NCBI GenBank assembly: GCA_963676915.2 | Contig: CAXXVK010000001.1 | Span: 66,328-130,327, forward strand | Reading direction: 5' to 3' | Source: Myxococcota bacterium | GTDB taxonomy: Bacteria; Myxococcota_A; SURF-8; G963663525 | Length of the DNA stretch: 64,000 nucleotides | In this document: piece by piece, positions 9,954 to 19,459 of the stretch | Position numbering within the stretch: position 1 is the stretch's first letter | Layout: every line of letters begins with the position of its first letter | The notes under the pieces: model-generated | Database searches by the model: none | Told to the model about the DNA's origin: nothing | Seen by the model: the letters and a program-made list of their open reading frames with translations, nothing else | Program-made: the position numbers and the translations under genes

Positions 9954-10880
9954 ATGCCATCCTCGAAGATCGAAATCCATCATCTGATCGACATGAAACG
10001 GCGGGGCGAGAAAATCTCGATGCTGACCGCCTACGACTACCCAAGCGCCCGCATTCTCGACGAAGCGGGCATCGACTGCCTGTTGGTCGGTGACAGCGCC
10101 GCCAACGTAGTGCTGGGTTACCCGGATACGCTGCCGGTCAGTATGGACGAGCTGGTCATCCTCACCCGTGCCGTGTCGCGGGGAGCGAAACGGTCTTTCG
10201 TCATCGGCGACATGCCGTTCATGTCCTACAACATCAGTGTGTCCGATGCGATCCGCAATGCTGGCCGTTTCTTGAAAGAAGGCCGGGCCAACGCCATCAA
10301 GCTGGAAGGCGGCGGAGCGGTGGCCGATACGGTGCGGGCGCTGGTACAGGCGGGAATTCCCGTGGTCGGTCACTTGGGACTGACTCCCCAGACCGCCGGA
10401 ATGATCGGTGGCTTGAAAGTGCAGGGACGTACGGCCGAGCAGGCAGCGAAAATCCTGGAAGACGCCAAGCGACTGGAAGAGGCCGGAGCCTTCATGTTGG
10501 TGCTCGAAGCCATCCCGAAGCGGGTCGCGGCTCTGATTTCCAGCCGCGTTTCCATTCCCGTGATCGGTATCGGAGCGGGTTGCGACTGCGACGGCCAGGT
10601 GTTGGTATTGCACGACATGCTGGGTATCAATGCAGGTTTCAAACCGAAATTCGTCAAGCGTTTCGCACAGTTGGAACAAGAAATACTCGACGCGGCGCGC
10701 CGCTACCACGAAGAAGTCCGTGCCCAGACATTTCCTGCCGAAGAGCACAGCTTCACCATCGATGACGAACAGTATCGTCACATCGAATCGGTCCTCGGCA
10801 CCTCGTCGAAAGCCAAATCCAACGGCGGCAACGGACGTTCGAAGCATCGTTCCACGTCACGGGTTCCCGTAGCCAACTGA
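9954..10880 (+). CDS. panB: 3-methyl-2-oxobutanoate hydroxymethyltransferase
   Basis: MLTAYD, LVGDSA, DMPFMSY, KLEGG, GHLGLTPQ, IGIGAG, GQVLVLHDMLG. Confidence 0.97.
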   Translation: MPSSKIEIHHLIDMKRRGEKISMLTAYDYPSARILDEAGIDCLLVGDSAANVVLGYPDTLPVSMDELVILTRAVSRGAKRSFVIGDMPFMSYNISVSDAIRNAGRFLKEGRANAIKLEGGGAVADTVRALVQAGIPVVGHLGLTPQTAGMIGGLKVQGRTAEQAAKILEDAKRLEEAGAFMLVLEAIPKRVAALISSRVSIPVIGIGAGCDCDGQVLVLHDMLGINAGFKPKFVKRFAQLEQEILDAARRYHEEVRAQTFPAEEHSFTIDDEQYRHIESVLGTSSKAKSNGGNGRSKHRSTSRVPVAN

Positions 10881-10918
10881 AGATCTTCCCGACTCGGGTT
10901 CGAACACACACACGACAC

Positions 10919-10954
10919 AAAAAAACCGGCAAGCGTCGCTTGCCGGTTTTTTTT
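10919..10954. terminator. Bidirectional intrinsic terminator
   Basis: A-run CCGGCAAGC-GTC-GCTTGCCGG T-run between convergent genes. Confidence 0.85.
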
Positions 10955-10970
10955 ATTGAAAATGTTTGGA

Positions 10971-11339
10971 TTATCCGCAACCTCCGCAGCAACTTCCGCA
11001 GCTTCCCGCTCCACTGTCTCCCGAAGGCTTGTTGAACTTCATGACGAATCCTTCACCCATGCCGGGATCTTGGACGAAATCGATGGAGAGTCCGTCGAAG
11101 GAGTCGATCATCATTTTCATGTTCTCGTCACCGATGATCGTCAGGCCTTTATCCTGGTAGACCATCGATTCAGCCTGGGGGTCGTCGAGCGCGAGACCCA
11201 ATTGCGGTCCGCTGCATCCCATACCCGTTACGATAACACGCAGCACCTTGCCTTCGGTTTCCTCTTTTTGCATGATTTCCAAAAGCTTGTTTGCCGCGCC
11301 ATCGCTGACATCGACTTGGACCGATTGTGTTTCCGTCAT
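10971..11339 (-). CDS. HesB/IscA-like protein, Cys form
   Basis: VSDGAANKLLEI...LRVIVTGMGCSGPQLGLALD...IDFV...CGSCCGGCG; likely start MTETQ at 11339. Confidence 0.85.
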   Translation of the reverse strand: MTETQSVQVDVSDGAANKLLEIMQKEETEGKVLRVIVTGMGCSGPQLGLALDDPQAESMVYQDKGLTIIGDENMKMMIDSFDGLSIDFVQDPGMGEGFVMKFNKPSGDSGAGSCGSCCGGCG

Positions 11340-11498
11340 CTGAATTCCTTTCTTCCGTGTTTTCTCCAGGTTTTCGGATCGTCGATTCGATCCTCTTTCA
11401 TCTCCGGCCAGTCTGTCGGCCATCGATCATGCGAACTATTCGAAAGCCCATTCAGAGAAACATCGGTTGCGTCGAGTCCGCCTCGTTCGGGGACGAAA

Positions 11499-11858
11499 TC
11501 AGCCGCATCCGCCACTGGAGCAGGAGCCGCTGGAACAGGACGACGCGCTTGCGAATTTCACGCTGAATCCCGTTCCCATCGTCGGGTGGTTGACGAAATC
11601 GACTTCTATGCCACCATACATTTCTATCATCGTCTTCATTTGGTTATCGGCGATGATGGTTAAGTCGTTCTCGGAATAGACGTTCATTTCTTCTTGTGGC
11701 TCATCCAGAGCCATGCCCAAACTGGGACCGCCTCAACCCATTCCCGCGACAAGCAGCCGTAACACCTTGCCTTGGTTTTCCTCCTGGGACATGAATTCTC
11801 CCAGTTTTTCCGCCGCTTCCTGGCTGACGGAAATGTTGTAATTTCCTACGCTGCCCAT
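11499..11858 (-). CDS. HesB-like selenoprotein (Sec at codon 42, TGA 11733-11735)
   Basis: From ATG 11858: MGSVGNYNISVSQEAAEKL...LRLLVAGMG-TGA-GGPSLGMALD...; the TGA aligns with the Cys of the neighbouring paralogue (GMGCSGP); a SECIS-like hairpin TGGCTC-TGGAT-GAGCCA follows. Confidence 0.85.
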
Positions 11859-11940
11859 GTTTTTTCCTTTCGTTCCAGAAAATTACCAACTCTCGGTTCC
11901 ACTGTATCCCGACGGCGACCGCCGTCCGAAATCAAGCGCC

Positions 11941-12147
11941 TCACGAACAACCGCCCGATCCGCAGGACGACGATGTTGGAGGTCCGTTATACCCATCACC
12001 GCCCACGGAAGCAAATCCGGAAAGAACCCTTGTAACATCCACCGATTGACAGTTGGGGCACTTGAGATCCTCCGTATCGGTTTTTCGAAGAATCAACTCC
12101 TCGAAAACCGTTTTGCAATCGTTGCATTGAAATTCGTACATCGGCAT
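11941..12147 (-). CDS. FmdB-family zinc-ribbon protein (possible Sec extension to 11932)
   Basis: MPMYEFQCNDC...FEEL...CPNCQS...VTRVLSGF...SSCGSGGCS. Confidence 0.85.
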   Translation of the reverse strand: MPMYEFQCNDCKTVFEELILRKTDTEDLKCPNCQSVDVTRVLSGFASVGGDGYNGPPTSSSCGSGGCS

Positions 12148-12393
12148 GATCGTAATCCTCTGCTTCCGAAATCGTCTCTTGAAGATAGAGCCGGTCCGAA
12201 GAAAAAGGTTGCAAATGAAATCATTCCATTCGCTAAAGATACTATAGTTCGTCCGTTTCAAATGTCCAGTATGTGAATGGATTATCTCAAGAGAGCATGA
12301 CTGAAAGGATAGGGAAGATCGGTTATTCTCAACGAGAGTGGATTCAAACCACAGGTCGGGTACATTTTCAATCTTATACTATTTCGCTATCAA

Positions 12394-12556
12394 GTAGGTC
12401 GGGCAAATTTCTTGCCCGACAATGCCAAGGTGTCGGCTGAAAATCACCCGATCTTACGGGATTATCCGCTTTCACGGAGATGTCAGAAATTTGATCGTTG
12501 AAGGTGAAATGGTAGTACGTTGTAAAAATGTCGGGCAAAAAATTTGCCCGACCTAC
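12394..12556. repeat. Cluster of family A/B REPs
   Basis: GTAGGTCGGGCAAATTTCTTGCCCGACA-atgccaagg-TGTCGGCTGAAAATCACCCGA and TGTCGGGCAAAAAATTTGCCCGACCTAC. Confidence 0.75.
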
Positions 12557-12638
12557 GGTTTTTTCGTCAATAGTCCGTTCTATTGATGAAGAATTCATCA
12601 AGTAAAACAACTGGTTACGAGCACATTCAAGGTATTCG

Positions 12639-13904
12639 CTATTTCAGGAGCGCTTCCCCCTCGGGATCGAAACTGTAATGGACGTGCTGGAAGGCGTTGC
12701 GCATTTCGTGCACTTCCTCGGGAATGTACTCTCCGTCGATGAGGCATTTTTTAAACAGTTTGGCAATCTGCACCATGTCGTCTTCGCGCATTCCGAAACG
12801 GGTCATTTCCTGAACACCCAGACGAACCCCGGCGGGATTGGCGACGTTTTCCAAGCGCTCGTGAGGCAACAGGTTCATATTGATGACGATGCCGTTGTCC
12901 TGCAAGATACGGGAAACTTCATCGCCGCCACCGAAACGGGCCATGTCCACGGCCACTTGATGGCTTTCGGTGTAATCGAACTCCCGCGCTTGCACGTCGA
13001 AGCCTTCGTCATCCAGAGCTTTGGCGAAACTCTTGGCGTTGCGGATGACCTGGTCTGCATAATCTTGAGCGAAATCAAGCATCTCCGCCGTCGCAACCGC
13101 TAGACTTGTAAGAGTGTCGAGGTGATGGTTGGAACTGGAAGCCGGGAACGCGCCTTTGTCGATCTTGCGCCATTCCGCCGGACCGGCGTTGCTGGCGATG
13201 ATTCCACGCTGGGAACCGAAGAAGGTTTTGTGGGTGCTGCCGGTCATCAGGTGCGCGCCTTCTCTCAATGGAGCCTGGAACCGTCGACCCGCCACAAGCC
13301 CTAAAACGTGCGCCGCGTCGTAGATGATCGTCGTATCTTTGCCCTGCACCATGTCGGCCAGTTTTTCGACCGGTTCGGGGAATAGAAACAGGCTTTTTCC
13401 CAAAATCAACACTTTCGGAGAAAAAGTTTTGATGATTTTCCAGGTGGTGTCCACGTCGATGTGGTAGCCATCTTTCGTCAACGGAAAGTCAATGATATTG
13501 GGGGTATACTTGCCGACCGAACCCACTTTGTGGTGACTGATATGCCCACCGCCGGGAGTGGAGTTGACCATCACGACGTTTCCCCAGCGAATATAGCGTG
13601 AAAACACCGCTTCGTTGGCGACCGTGCCGGAAATCGGTCGGACATCCACGTTTTTGCAGTTGAACAGGCTTTTCATCTGGTGGCTTAAACGATCTTCGAT
13701 GTCGTCGATTTTGTCGGTGCCCCGATAATAGCGCGTTCCGGGATGGCCTTCGGCATAACGGTGGGCGAAGTCCGAACCCAGCACCTTGCGGGCGCGGTTG
13801 CTCAACACGTTTTCACTGGCGATCAGATTGAGGGTGCTCGACCGCCACTCGTTCTGCTCGCCAACGAGCTTTTCGATCCAGCGTACATTTTGTTCGTAAA
13901 CCAT
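12639..13904 (-). CDS. glyA: Serine hydroxymethyltransferase, archaeal-type signature
   Basis: LNLIASEN, RYAEGHPGTRYY, GGHISH, YDAAHVLGLVAG, GSTHKTFFGSQRG, GVRLGVQEMTRFG. Confidence 0.9.
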   Translation of the reverse strand: MVYEQNVRWIEKLVGEQNEWRSSTLNLIASENVLSNRARKVLGSDFAHRYAEGHPGTRYYRGTDKIDDIEDRLSHQMKSLFNCKNVDVRPISGTVANEAVFSRYIRWGNVVMVNSTPGGGHISHHKVGSVGKYTPNIIDFPLTKDGYHIDVDTTWKIIKTFSPKVLILGKSLFLFPEPVEKLADMVQGKDTTIIYDAAHVLGLVAGRRFQAPLREGAHLMTGSTHKTFFGSQRGIIASNAGPAEWRKIDKGAFPASSSNHHLDTLTSLAVATAEMLDFAQDYADQVIRNAKSFAKALDDEGFDVQAREFDYTESHQVAVDMARFGGGDEVSRILQDNGIVINMNLLPHERLENVANPAGVRLGVQEMTRFGMREDDMVQIAKLFKKCLIDGEYIPEEVHEMRNAFQHVHYSFDPEGEALLK

Positions 13905-14166
13905 GAATTATATTCCTTTTTTCAAAACTTCCAGAAAAACGGGAACCAATGCCTCGCTTTTGCGTCGTTACGTAATGGTAAAACGAGATGAAATCCATGA
14001 ATTTCGTCAGGCGAGCATGCCACCTGATTCCGTTTCATCGATTAGGAGCCTCGGAGTCATCACGGGTTGCAAGCATCGTGTTCGAAGATGCCAAAACACC
14101 TGCATCCACGTGCTTCCTTAACGCTATCCCCCCGAAAAAGATATGAATTCAAACGCTTGTGCGGCC

Positions 14167-14379
14167 CTATCCCTCGTCGGGAATCGATTCGCCCGGTTCG
14201 ATCGGCACCGGTGCCTCGCGGTTATCCTTGTCGGAGAATTTCACGAAAAACACCACCAGACAGGCAACGGCTGCCACCTGGCCGATCCAGAACCAGAACG
14301 TGGCGACATAGGCGGCGAGCGCCGCCCCGGAAATTCCGAAAACCACGGCCAAAACGAGCAATATCCAGCCAAATCCCAT
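14167..14379 (-). CDS. Small two-TM membrane protein
   Basis: 70 aa, two hydrophobic segments, directly downstream of the Cys-rich lipoprotein gene. Confidence 0.55.
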   Translation of the reverse strand: MGFGWILLVLAVVFGISGAALAAYVATFWFWIGQVAAVACLVVFFVKFSDKDNREAPVPIEPGESIPDEG

Positions 14380-14440
14380 AATTTCTTCCCATGCTTGCGA
14401 AATGAAATCGCTGTTTCAAGGCCACCACTATACCAAGGGA

Positions 14441-17206
14441 TCACGGATGGCAAAATCTTTTTTGTTGCGGAGGCGCGACCGTGATCGTCAACGAAGCTGC
14501 GGTCGTGACTTCGATCACGTACACGTCTCGGTCATCGGCATACGGACTCAATGAGACCAGATCGCCGGAAACCGTCACGTGCGTGGAAGCCAGCAATTGC
14601 GCCTGGTCGAACGTATCGTTCGGTTCGTCGATTTCCGCCAGGGTGTCCAACGTTTGACCATCATCCACCGTGAACAGATAAGGACCGTCCGCCGTACCAT
14701 ACAGAGCGGCATCTTTGCCGGTGACTTCCACGACGTAGGTTCCCGCTTCGAAGCCACGGGTAAAGCTGGCTTCCAATCCGTCTTCCGCATAGGACGTATG
14801 CAATACCTCGGTCATATCGGCATTGTAGAGCACCACTTTGCTTTCGAGGTAATAGGCCCACGACTGGATCGAACAAATCTGGTCCGTTCCGCAGGTGGCG
14901 GCGGTTTCGCATTCCTGCGTGCAACGCCAGCCCCCGGTGACGAACAGGCAGACACCCGAAGCACAATCGAAGTGATTTTCACAAGTTGCACCCAAATCGA
15001 GGTTCCCTGCCAGCGTGCTTGGAGCACAGACCCAGTGGTTCAGATCGCGAGCGATGCAGGACAATCCCGCGCCGCAATCGCCCGGCTGTTCGGGATCGCA
15101 TTCGGCCACGCAATAATATTGCGGTGCGTCGTCTCCGGGGAAGCGCGAGCAATCGCCCGAAAGGCAATCCACCGGAGCCTCGCAAACGCTGCCGTCGGCG
15201 GTATCGCCAAGTGCATCGTTGGGTGTGCAGAGGAACGTTCCCGCCGTGGTCGCCACGCAGGTTTGTCCGGCGAGACAGTTCGGAGTGCGGGGATCGCAGG
15301 AATCCACGCAGACCGGCGACGCGGAATCGAGGAAGCAGTTGCCGCTTTCGCATTGGTAATCCGCCTCGCAGCTTTCGCCGTTGGCAATCGCGCCGATCAG
15401 AGCCGGATCGATACAGCGGCCACCGTCCTCGCCCCAGGGCTGGCAGACCAGATCGTCCGGGCAGTCGGTCGGATTCCAGGTGCGGCAGTCGTCGGTGCAG
15501 ATCGAGTCCGGGCCATCCGACCAGCAATAGCCGGGATAGCAGTTGAAGTTTTCGGTACAGGGAACACCCATGTTCGGACCGGTCGGTACCTCGATTCGTG
15601 GCACGCAATAAGTGGTTGCGGCATCGGTGGTGACGCACCAGAAGTAGTCCGGGCAGTAGTCGGCGTCGCGTCGTTTGCCGCTGTAGCATTGGCTCGAACA
15701 GCGCTTGCCGACATTGAAGTCCACACAGTGCCAGCTATCGCATTGATAATGCTCTTCGCAGGCCAACGTGTCCCAGGGACCATCGTCCAACCAGTCGTAA
15801 ATATGAATGGACTGCACAATGTCTTCGGGGAGACAAAGCTGGATGCCTTCCTGGCCGTTCATCAGATCGCGATGGCGGTAAATGGCGCAGGTATACCCAT
15901 CTTTGCAGGCACCCTGGGTTCCCGGTTCGTCCACACAGGTTTCACTGCAAATGTTCGCTTCGCAGTAATCGTAGGCTTCCTGGCAGTCGTCCACATTGAA
16001 ACAATGGTCGCCGAAACTTCCCGGCAGGTGGGTCGGGCGACAATCGCCGTCTTCGCAATAACCGCACTCGCCGCAGGAAATCGTCGCTTCGCAGGGATAC
16101 GAACAATACCAGTGATCGTCGTGGCTCTTGTCACAGGTCATCGGAGCACGGCATTCGGTGCTGCGATTGCAGGTTTCGCCGAATCCCAACTCGCTGCCCC
16201 ATACGAGGCCGGTTTCCAGATCATCCGGTACGCAAACCGTTCCGCTGGCTCCGTCGTGGGCTTCGCAAGTCCAACCGGTCGGACATTCATTGGCCGTGCA
16301 GGGCATCGAGCAATACCGCACCGGAGTCCCCGAATGGTTGTCGCTCAAGCAGAGATCGTACTCGCAACCCGCGCCGGAGTCGCAGACCTCACCCAGAGCA
16401 CGCGCCGTACGCAACAGCCCGCAAGCGCCGTTGTCACCAATAGAAAAGTCGATACCCGTCATGTCGGTGTGGAAAATGTCGTCCGGATCGATGCGAATAG
16501 TCGCTTCGCCATCGGTAACGGTGTTGCCTTCGAAACTGCCGGAAACCGACGCATCGGTTTTCAGACGTGCGCTCACGGTGTAACGACCGGCCAACAGACC
16601 GTCAAATGTGTATTCGATATATTCTTCCGTACCTGCCGCCGGATATTCCGAAAGCTCCAGAATCTCCCGTGCGGAGTCCGACAACAAAACTTCGACCACC
16701 GCGTTGCGATGCCACGGCAGCAGGTAAATTTTTCCCTGAATCGAGCCGGTCGGCGGAGGAAGTTCCTCTTCTTCTTCGATAAGTTCGGACTCATCGGCGT
16801 CGGTTTCGTCTGTAGTATCGGGAACATCCACGATGTCGCCGTCGTCGTCGGTATTGTCGATGATGTCTTCATCTTCGTCAGCGGGAGGCACTTCTTCTTC
16901 GGTCTCGGTTTCTTCGGGACCATCCACCACGACGTCTTCGTCACCCGTATCGAGATCGAAATCGTAATCGGAAGGAATGCTCGAACTCTCGCAGGTTCCG
17001 CTTTCGGCATTGCAGGTCCGGGCAAGCAGATTGCAGTCCTGCTTGGCGTTCCAATTGCCGCTGGCTCCGCAGATCTCCAACACGTTGTCGGTGCAACGAT
17101 AGGTTCCCAGTTCACAAGAACCGGAGGAACCGCTATCGGAACAGGCGGCCAGAATCAACAACAAGCCCAGGGCGGCGGCGATTTGGAGAAGCGAAAACCT
17201 TGACAT
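14441..17206 (-). CDS. Cys-rich repeat surface lipoprotein with C-terminal PPC-like insertion
   Basis: Start MSRFSLL, lipobox LAAC; acidic linker; about 8 repeats GxxCxxxxxCxSGxC...CxxxC...C...C...CxP; GTYVVEVTG and EPNDTFDQAQ...DRDVY motifs. Confidence 0.75.
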   Translation of the reverse strand: MSRFSLLQIAAALGLLLILAACSDSGSSGSCELGTYRCTDNVLEICGASGNWNAKQDCNLLARTCNAESGTCESSSIPSDYDFDLDTGDEDVVVDGPEETETEEEVPPADEDEDIIDNTDDDGDIVDVPDTTDETDADESELIEEEEELPPPTGSIQGKIYLLPWHRNAVVEVLLSDSAREILELSEYPAAGTEEYIEYTFDGLLAGRYTVSARLKTDASVSGSFEGNTVTDGEATIRIDPDDIFHTDMTGIDFSIGDNGACGLLRTARALGEVCDSGAGCEYDLCLSDNHSGTPVRYCSMPCTANECPTGWTCEAHDGASGTVCVPDDLETGLVWGSELGFGETCNRSTECRAPMTCDKSHDDHWYCSYPCEATISCGECGYCEDGDCRPTHLPGSFGDHCFNVDDCQEAYDYCEANICSETCVDEPGTQGACKDGYTCAIYRHRDLMNGQEGIQLCLPEDIVQSIHIYDWLDDGPWDTLACEEHYQCDSWHCVDFNVGKRCSSQCYSGKRRDADYCPDYFWCVTTDAATTYCVPRIEVPTGPNMGVPCTENFNCYPGYCWSDGPDSICTDDCRTWNPTDCPDDLVCQPWGEDGGRCIDPALIGAIANGESCEADYQCESGNCFLDSASPVCVDSCDPRTPNCLAGQTCVATTAGTFLCTPNDALGDTADGSVCEAPVDCLSGDCSRFPGDDAPQYYCVAECDPEQPGDCGAGLSCIARDLNHWVCAPSTLAGNLDLGATCENHFDCASGVCLFVTGGWRCTQECETAATCGTDQICSIQSWAYYLESKVVLYNADMTEVLHTSYAEDGLEASFTRGFEAGTYVVEVTGKDAALYGTADGPYLFTVDDGQTLDTLAEIDEPNDTFDQAQLLASTHVTVSGDLVSLSPYADDRDVYVIEVTTAASLTITVAPPQQKRFCHP

Positions 17207-17537
17207 CGAGTCCTCTCTTTCGAGAAAGGCGAAACGTTGAGCGCCTGCATTTCGATCCGAAAACAACCGAAACGAAACGTTTTTGCGCAACGTTTCCCAT
17301 GTATGGGCTGCTTTCGAGAAATTTCATCCAACGATTATAATGGAATCGTCGTGAATTTGCCAGTATGGAATTTTCTTCGCAGACAGGCTTTTTCAGTATC
17401 AACCTGCCCTTTGTAGGCAACGCAATGGACTGTATTTTGGATAAAAAAGTTAGGAGGCCTTGACTTTTATGATGTAATCCTTACTTTCATATATAGAAAA
17501 CAATGCCGAAAGGCATCAAAATACAAAGGAGACCGAC

Positions 17538-17864
17538 ATGAAAAGCCTTACGATTCACGCTTCCAGCAGCCGTATCGAAGACGCCAAAAATGCCGCCGAC
17601 CTTGTCGCCAAAGAATTTCTCCGCGACAGCACCTGTTTATCCTGGTTCGACCGAACACGCGGCATCTGTTCGCCCAAGGATTCGATGATCTGCCACAGGG
17701 AAAAAGATTACGGACAATACGCCCGCAGTCTCGGTGCCGATCTCAAAATCGATGTCAACTCCGGGGATGTCGTTTTCTTTTACAAAGACATCCACGACTA
17801 CGAAAGCTCCGGCAGCAAGTCTCCCCGATTGATGGTGGAAGACGTGCCGGGCTACCTCGCCTGA
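17538..17864 (+). CDS. Small protein resembling the AF1514/DUF5619 family
   Basis: RBS AAGGAG; LSWFDR...SP...C...YARSLGADLKIDVNSGDVVFFY. Confidence 0.6.
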   Translation: MKSLTIHASSSRIEDAKNAADLVAKEFLRDSTCLSWFDRTRGICSPKDSMICHREKDYGQYARSLGADLKIDVNSGDVVFFYKDIHDYESSGSKSPRLMVEDVPGYLA

Positions 17865-17902
17865 ACGTTCTCTCTCCTCGAACACCACTCTGTGCCTGAC
17901 TT

Positions 17903-17932
17903 GGGCGTGCGAAAATCGCACGCCCTTTTTTT
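17903..17932 (+). terminator. Intrinsic terminator
   Basis: GGGCGTGCGA-AAA-TCGCACGCCC followed by T7. Confidence 0.8.
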
Positions 17933-18073
17933 GTGAAAGTCTCCTTCATTCTTTCCTTTGCTTTTTTCTCATCTCCCAATTATAATCTATTGTCAGTGTA
18001 TGACACGAAACGTAGAGAGGGAGGGTTCCTCTCATTTTTGGGGCAGTATTTCGTTAAAAACAGGAGAGATTCG

Positions 18074-19144
18074 ATGAAGAAGCACACTTTATTGATGTGG
18101 ATGTGCGTGTTTTGCCTGATGTTTGCGGTAACGGCCTGCGGGTCCGATGACGACGACGAAGGCAACAACAATAACAACGAGCCGAGCGGCGAGGTGGGAG
18201 AAACCGCGTCGGAAACCATCAGTGCCGCTGATGGCGGGTCGTTGGAATTGCCGTCGGGCGCGGCCAAACTGACCGTACCCGCCGATGCGCTGGACGAAGA
18301 CCTGGAGTTGTCGGTAACGTCCATCGCCACCACGGGATTGCCCGATTCGGACAACCTGGGCAGCCTGGGATTCGAATTCGGCCCGGACGGCACGACGTTT
18401 TCCACGCCGGTGACCATCGAGCTGGCTTTCGAAGGTACGGTTCCGGCCGATCACAAAGCCGTGCTGGCCGTTTTGGAAGACGGAGCCTGGACCGAGGTGG
18501 AAGGATCGGCTCTCGATGGAAACAAAGTGGTTGGCGAAACCGACCACTTCTCGACCTACATCATTCTGTTCGTCGGAGATACGGCAACCTTGGTTACCGC
18601 CGAATGCGCCGATTTCGAATTCACCGCTTGCGGCGGCGACATGACCGGCACCTGGAAAGTCAAGGACATCTGCATCGAGATGGGTCTCTTCGACAATCCC
18701 TTCGCCGATACCCCGGAATGCCAGGATAGCGTGTATGCTGCCACCTTCGATTGGGACGGCACCTGGGAAATCAACAGCGACGGCACCCTGCTCATTTCCA
18801 ATTTCTCGTATACTTCGGGAGTGGACATTGCCGTAACGAGCGCCTGCCTGGATGCTTTTTATCCCGGAGTCGCGCCTGAAGAGAGCTGCGCAGGTATTGC
18901 GGATGACGAGTTGACGTGCGCCTATGCCGACGACACCTGCACCTGCGAAACGGAACCCGAAACCCAAGTCATGCTCGAATCCGCGACCGGAACCTGGAGC
19001 GTGGACGGTAACACCATGACCAGCGAATTGGACGAAGGCGGCGACGGTCCCAGCAGTTCCGAATACTGCGTGGACGGAAACCTCGCCACCAGCGAGTTCG
19101 ATATGGGTAATGCGGACGGCTACATCATTTTCGAGAAGCAGTAA
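18074..19144 (+). CDS. Lipoprotein with ZU5-like domain and Cys-containing C-terminal domain
   Basis: RBS AGGAG; lipobox VTAC; ISAADGGSLEL...VPADAL...FEFGPDGTTFSTPVTI...TDHFS. Confidence 0.75.
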   Translation: MKKHTLLMWMCVFCLMFAVTACGSDDDDEGNNNNNEPSGEVGETASETISAADGGSLELPSGAAKLTVPADALDEDLELSVTSIATTGLPDSDNLGSLGFEFGPDGTTFSTPVTIELAFEGTVPADHKAVLAVLEDGAWTEVEGSALDGNKVVGETDHFSTYIILFVGDTATLVTAECADFEFTACGGDMTGTWKVKDICIEMGLFDNPFADTPECQDSVYAATFDWDGTWEINSDGTLLISNFSYTSGVDIAVTSACLDAFYPGVAPEESCAGIADDELTCAYADDTCTCETEPETQVMLESATGTWSVDGNTMTSELDEGGDGPSSSEYCVDGNLATSEFDMGNADGYIIFEKQ

Positions 19145-19162
19145 GACGAAAATTCTCCAGTT

Positions 19163-19229
19163 AAAAGCGGGGCTTAGGCCCCGCTTTTTGCGCGATGTAG
19201 AAACCCCATCCTTTTCGGTGGGGTTTTTT
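19163..19229 (+). terminator. Two tandem terminator-like hairpins
   Basis: AAAAGCGGGGC-TTAG-GCCCCGCTTTT and AAACCCCATC...GGTGGGGTTTTTT. Confidence 0.7.
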
Positions 19230-19459
19230 ATTGGGAAGTTTCGTTGTCGGATCCTAAGGTATCCGACCTCCCTTTCTACGAATGAACTGAATCACCCGTA
19301 AAACCTGTTGTAAGTCAAGACAATGGGTGCTACCATGTGGATACGATCTCCAACATTGATACATCTTCCCGCTCCAACGAGATCTCACCATGTTCCGCAA
19401 AAGGAGTTTTTTTCGCTGTCTTTTCAAATATACCTCGATAACTTGACAGGAGTTTTTCG

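Noticed and set aside
11460-11501. Second Sec at the terminal TGA of the HesB selenoprotein
   Set aside because: The paralogue stops with TAA at the same position (GGCG-stop) and the downstream hairpin is weak
13905-14160. ZTP or glycine riboswitch upstream of glyA
   Set aside because: The conserved core motifs were not recognisable on the minus strand
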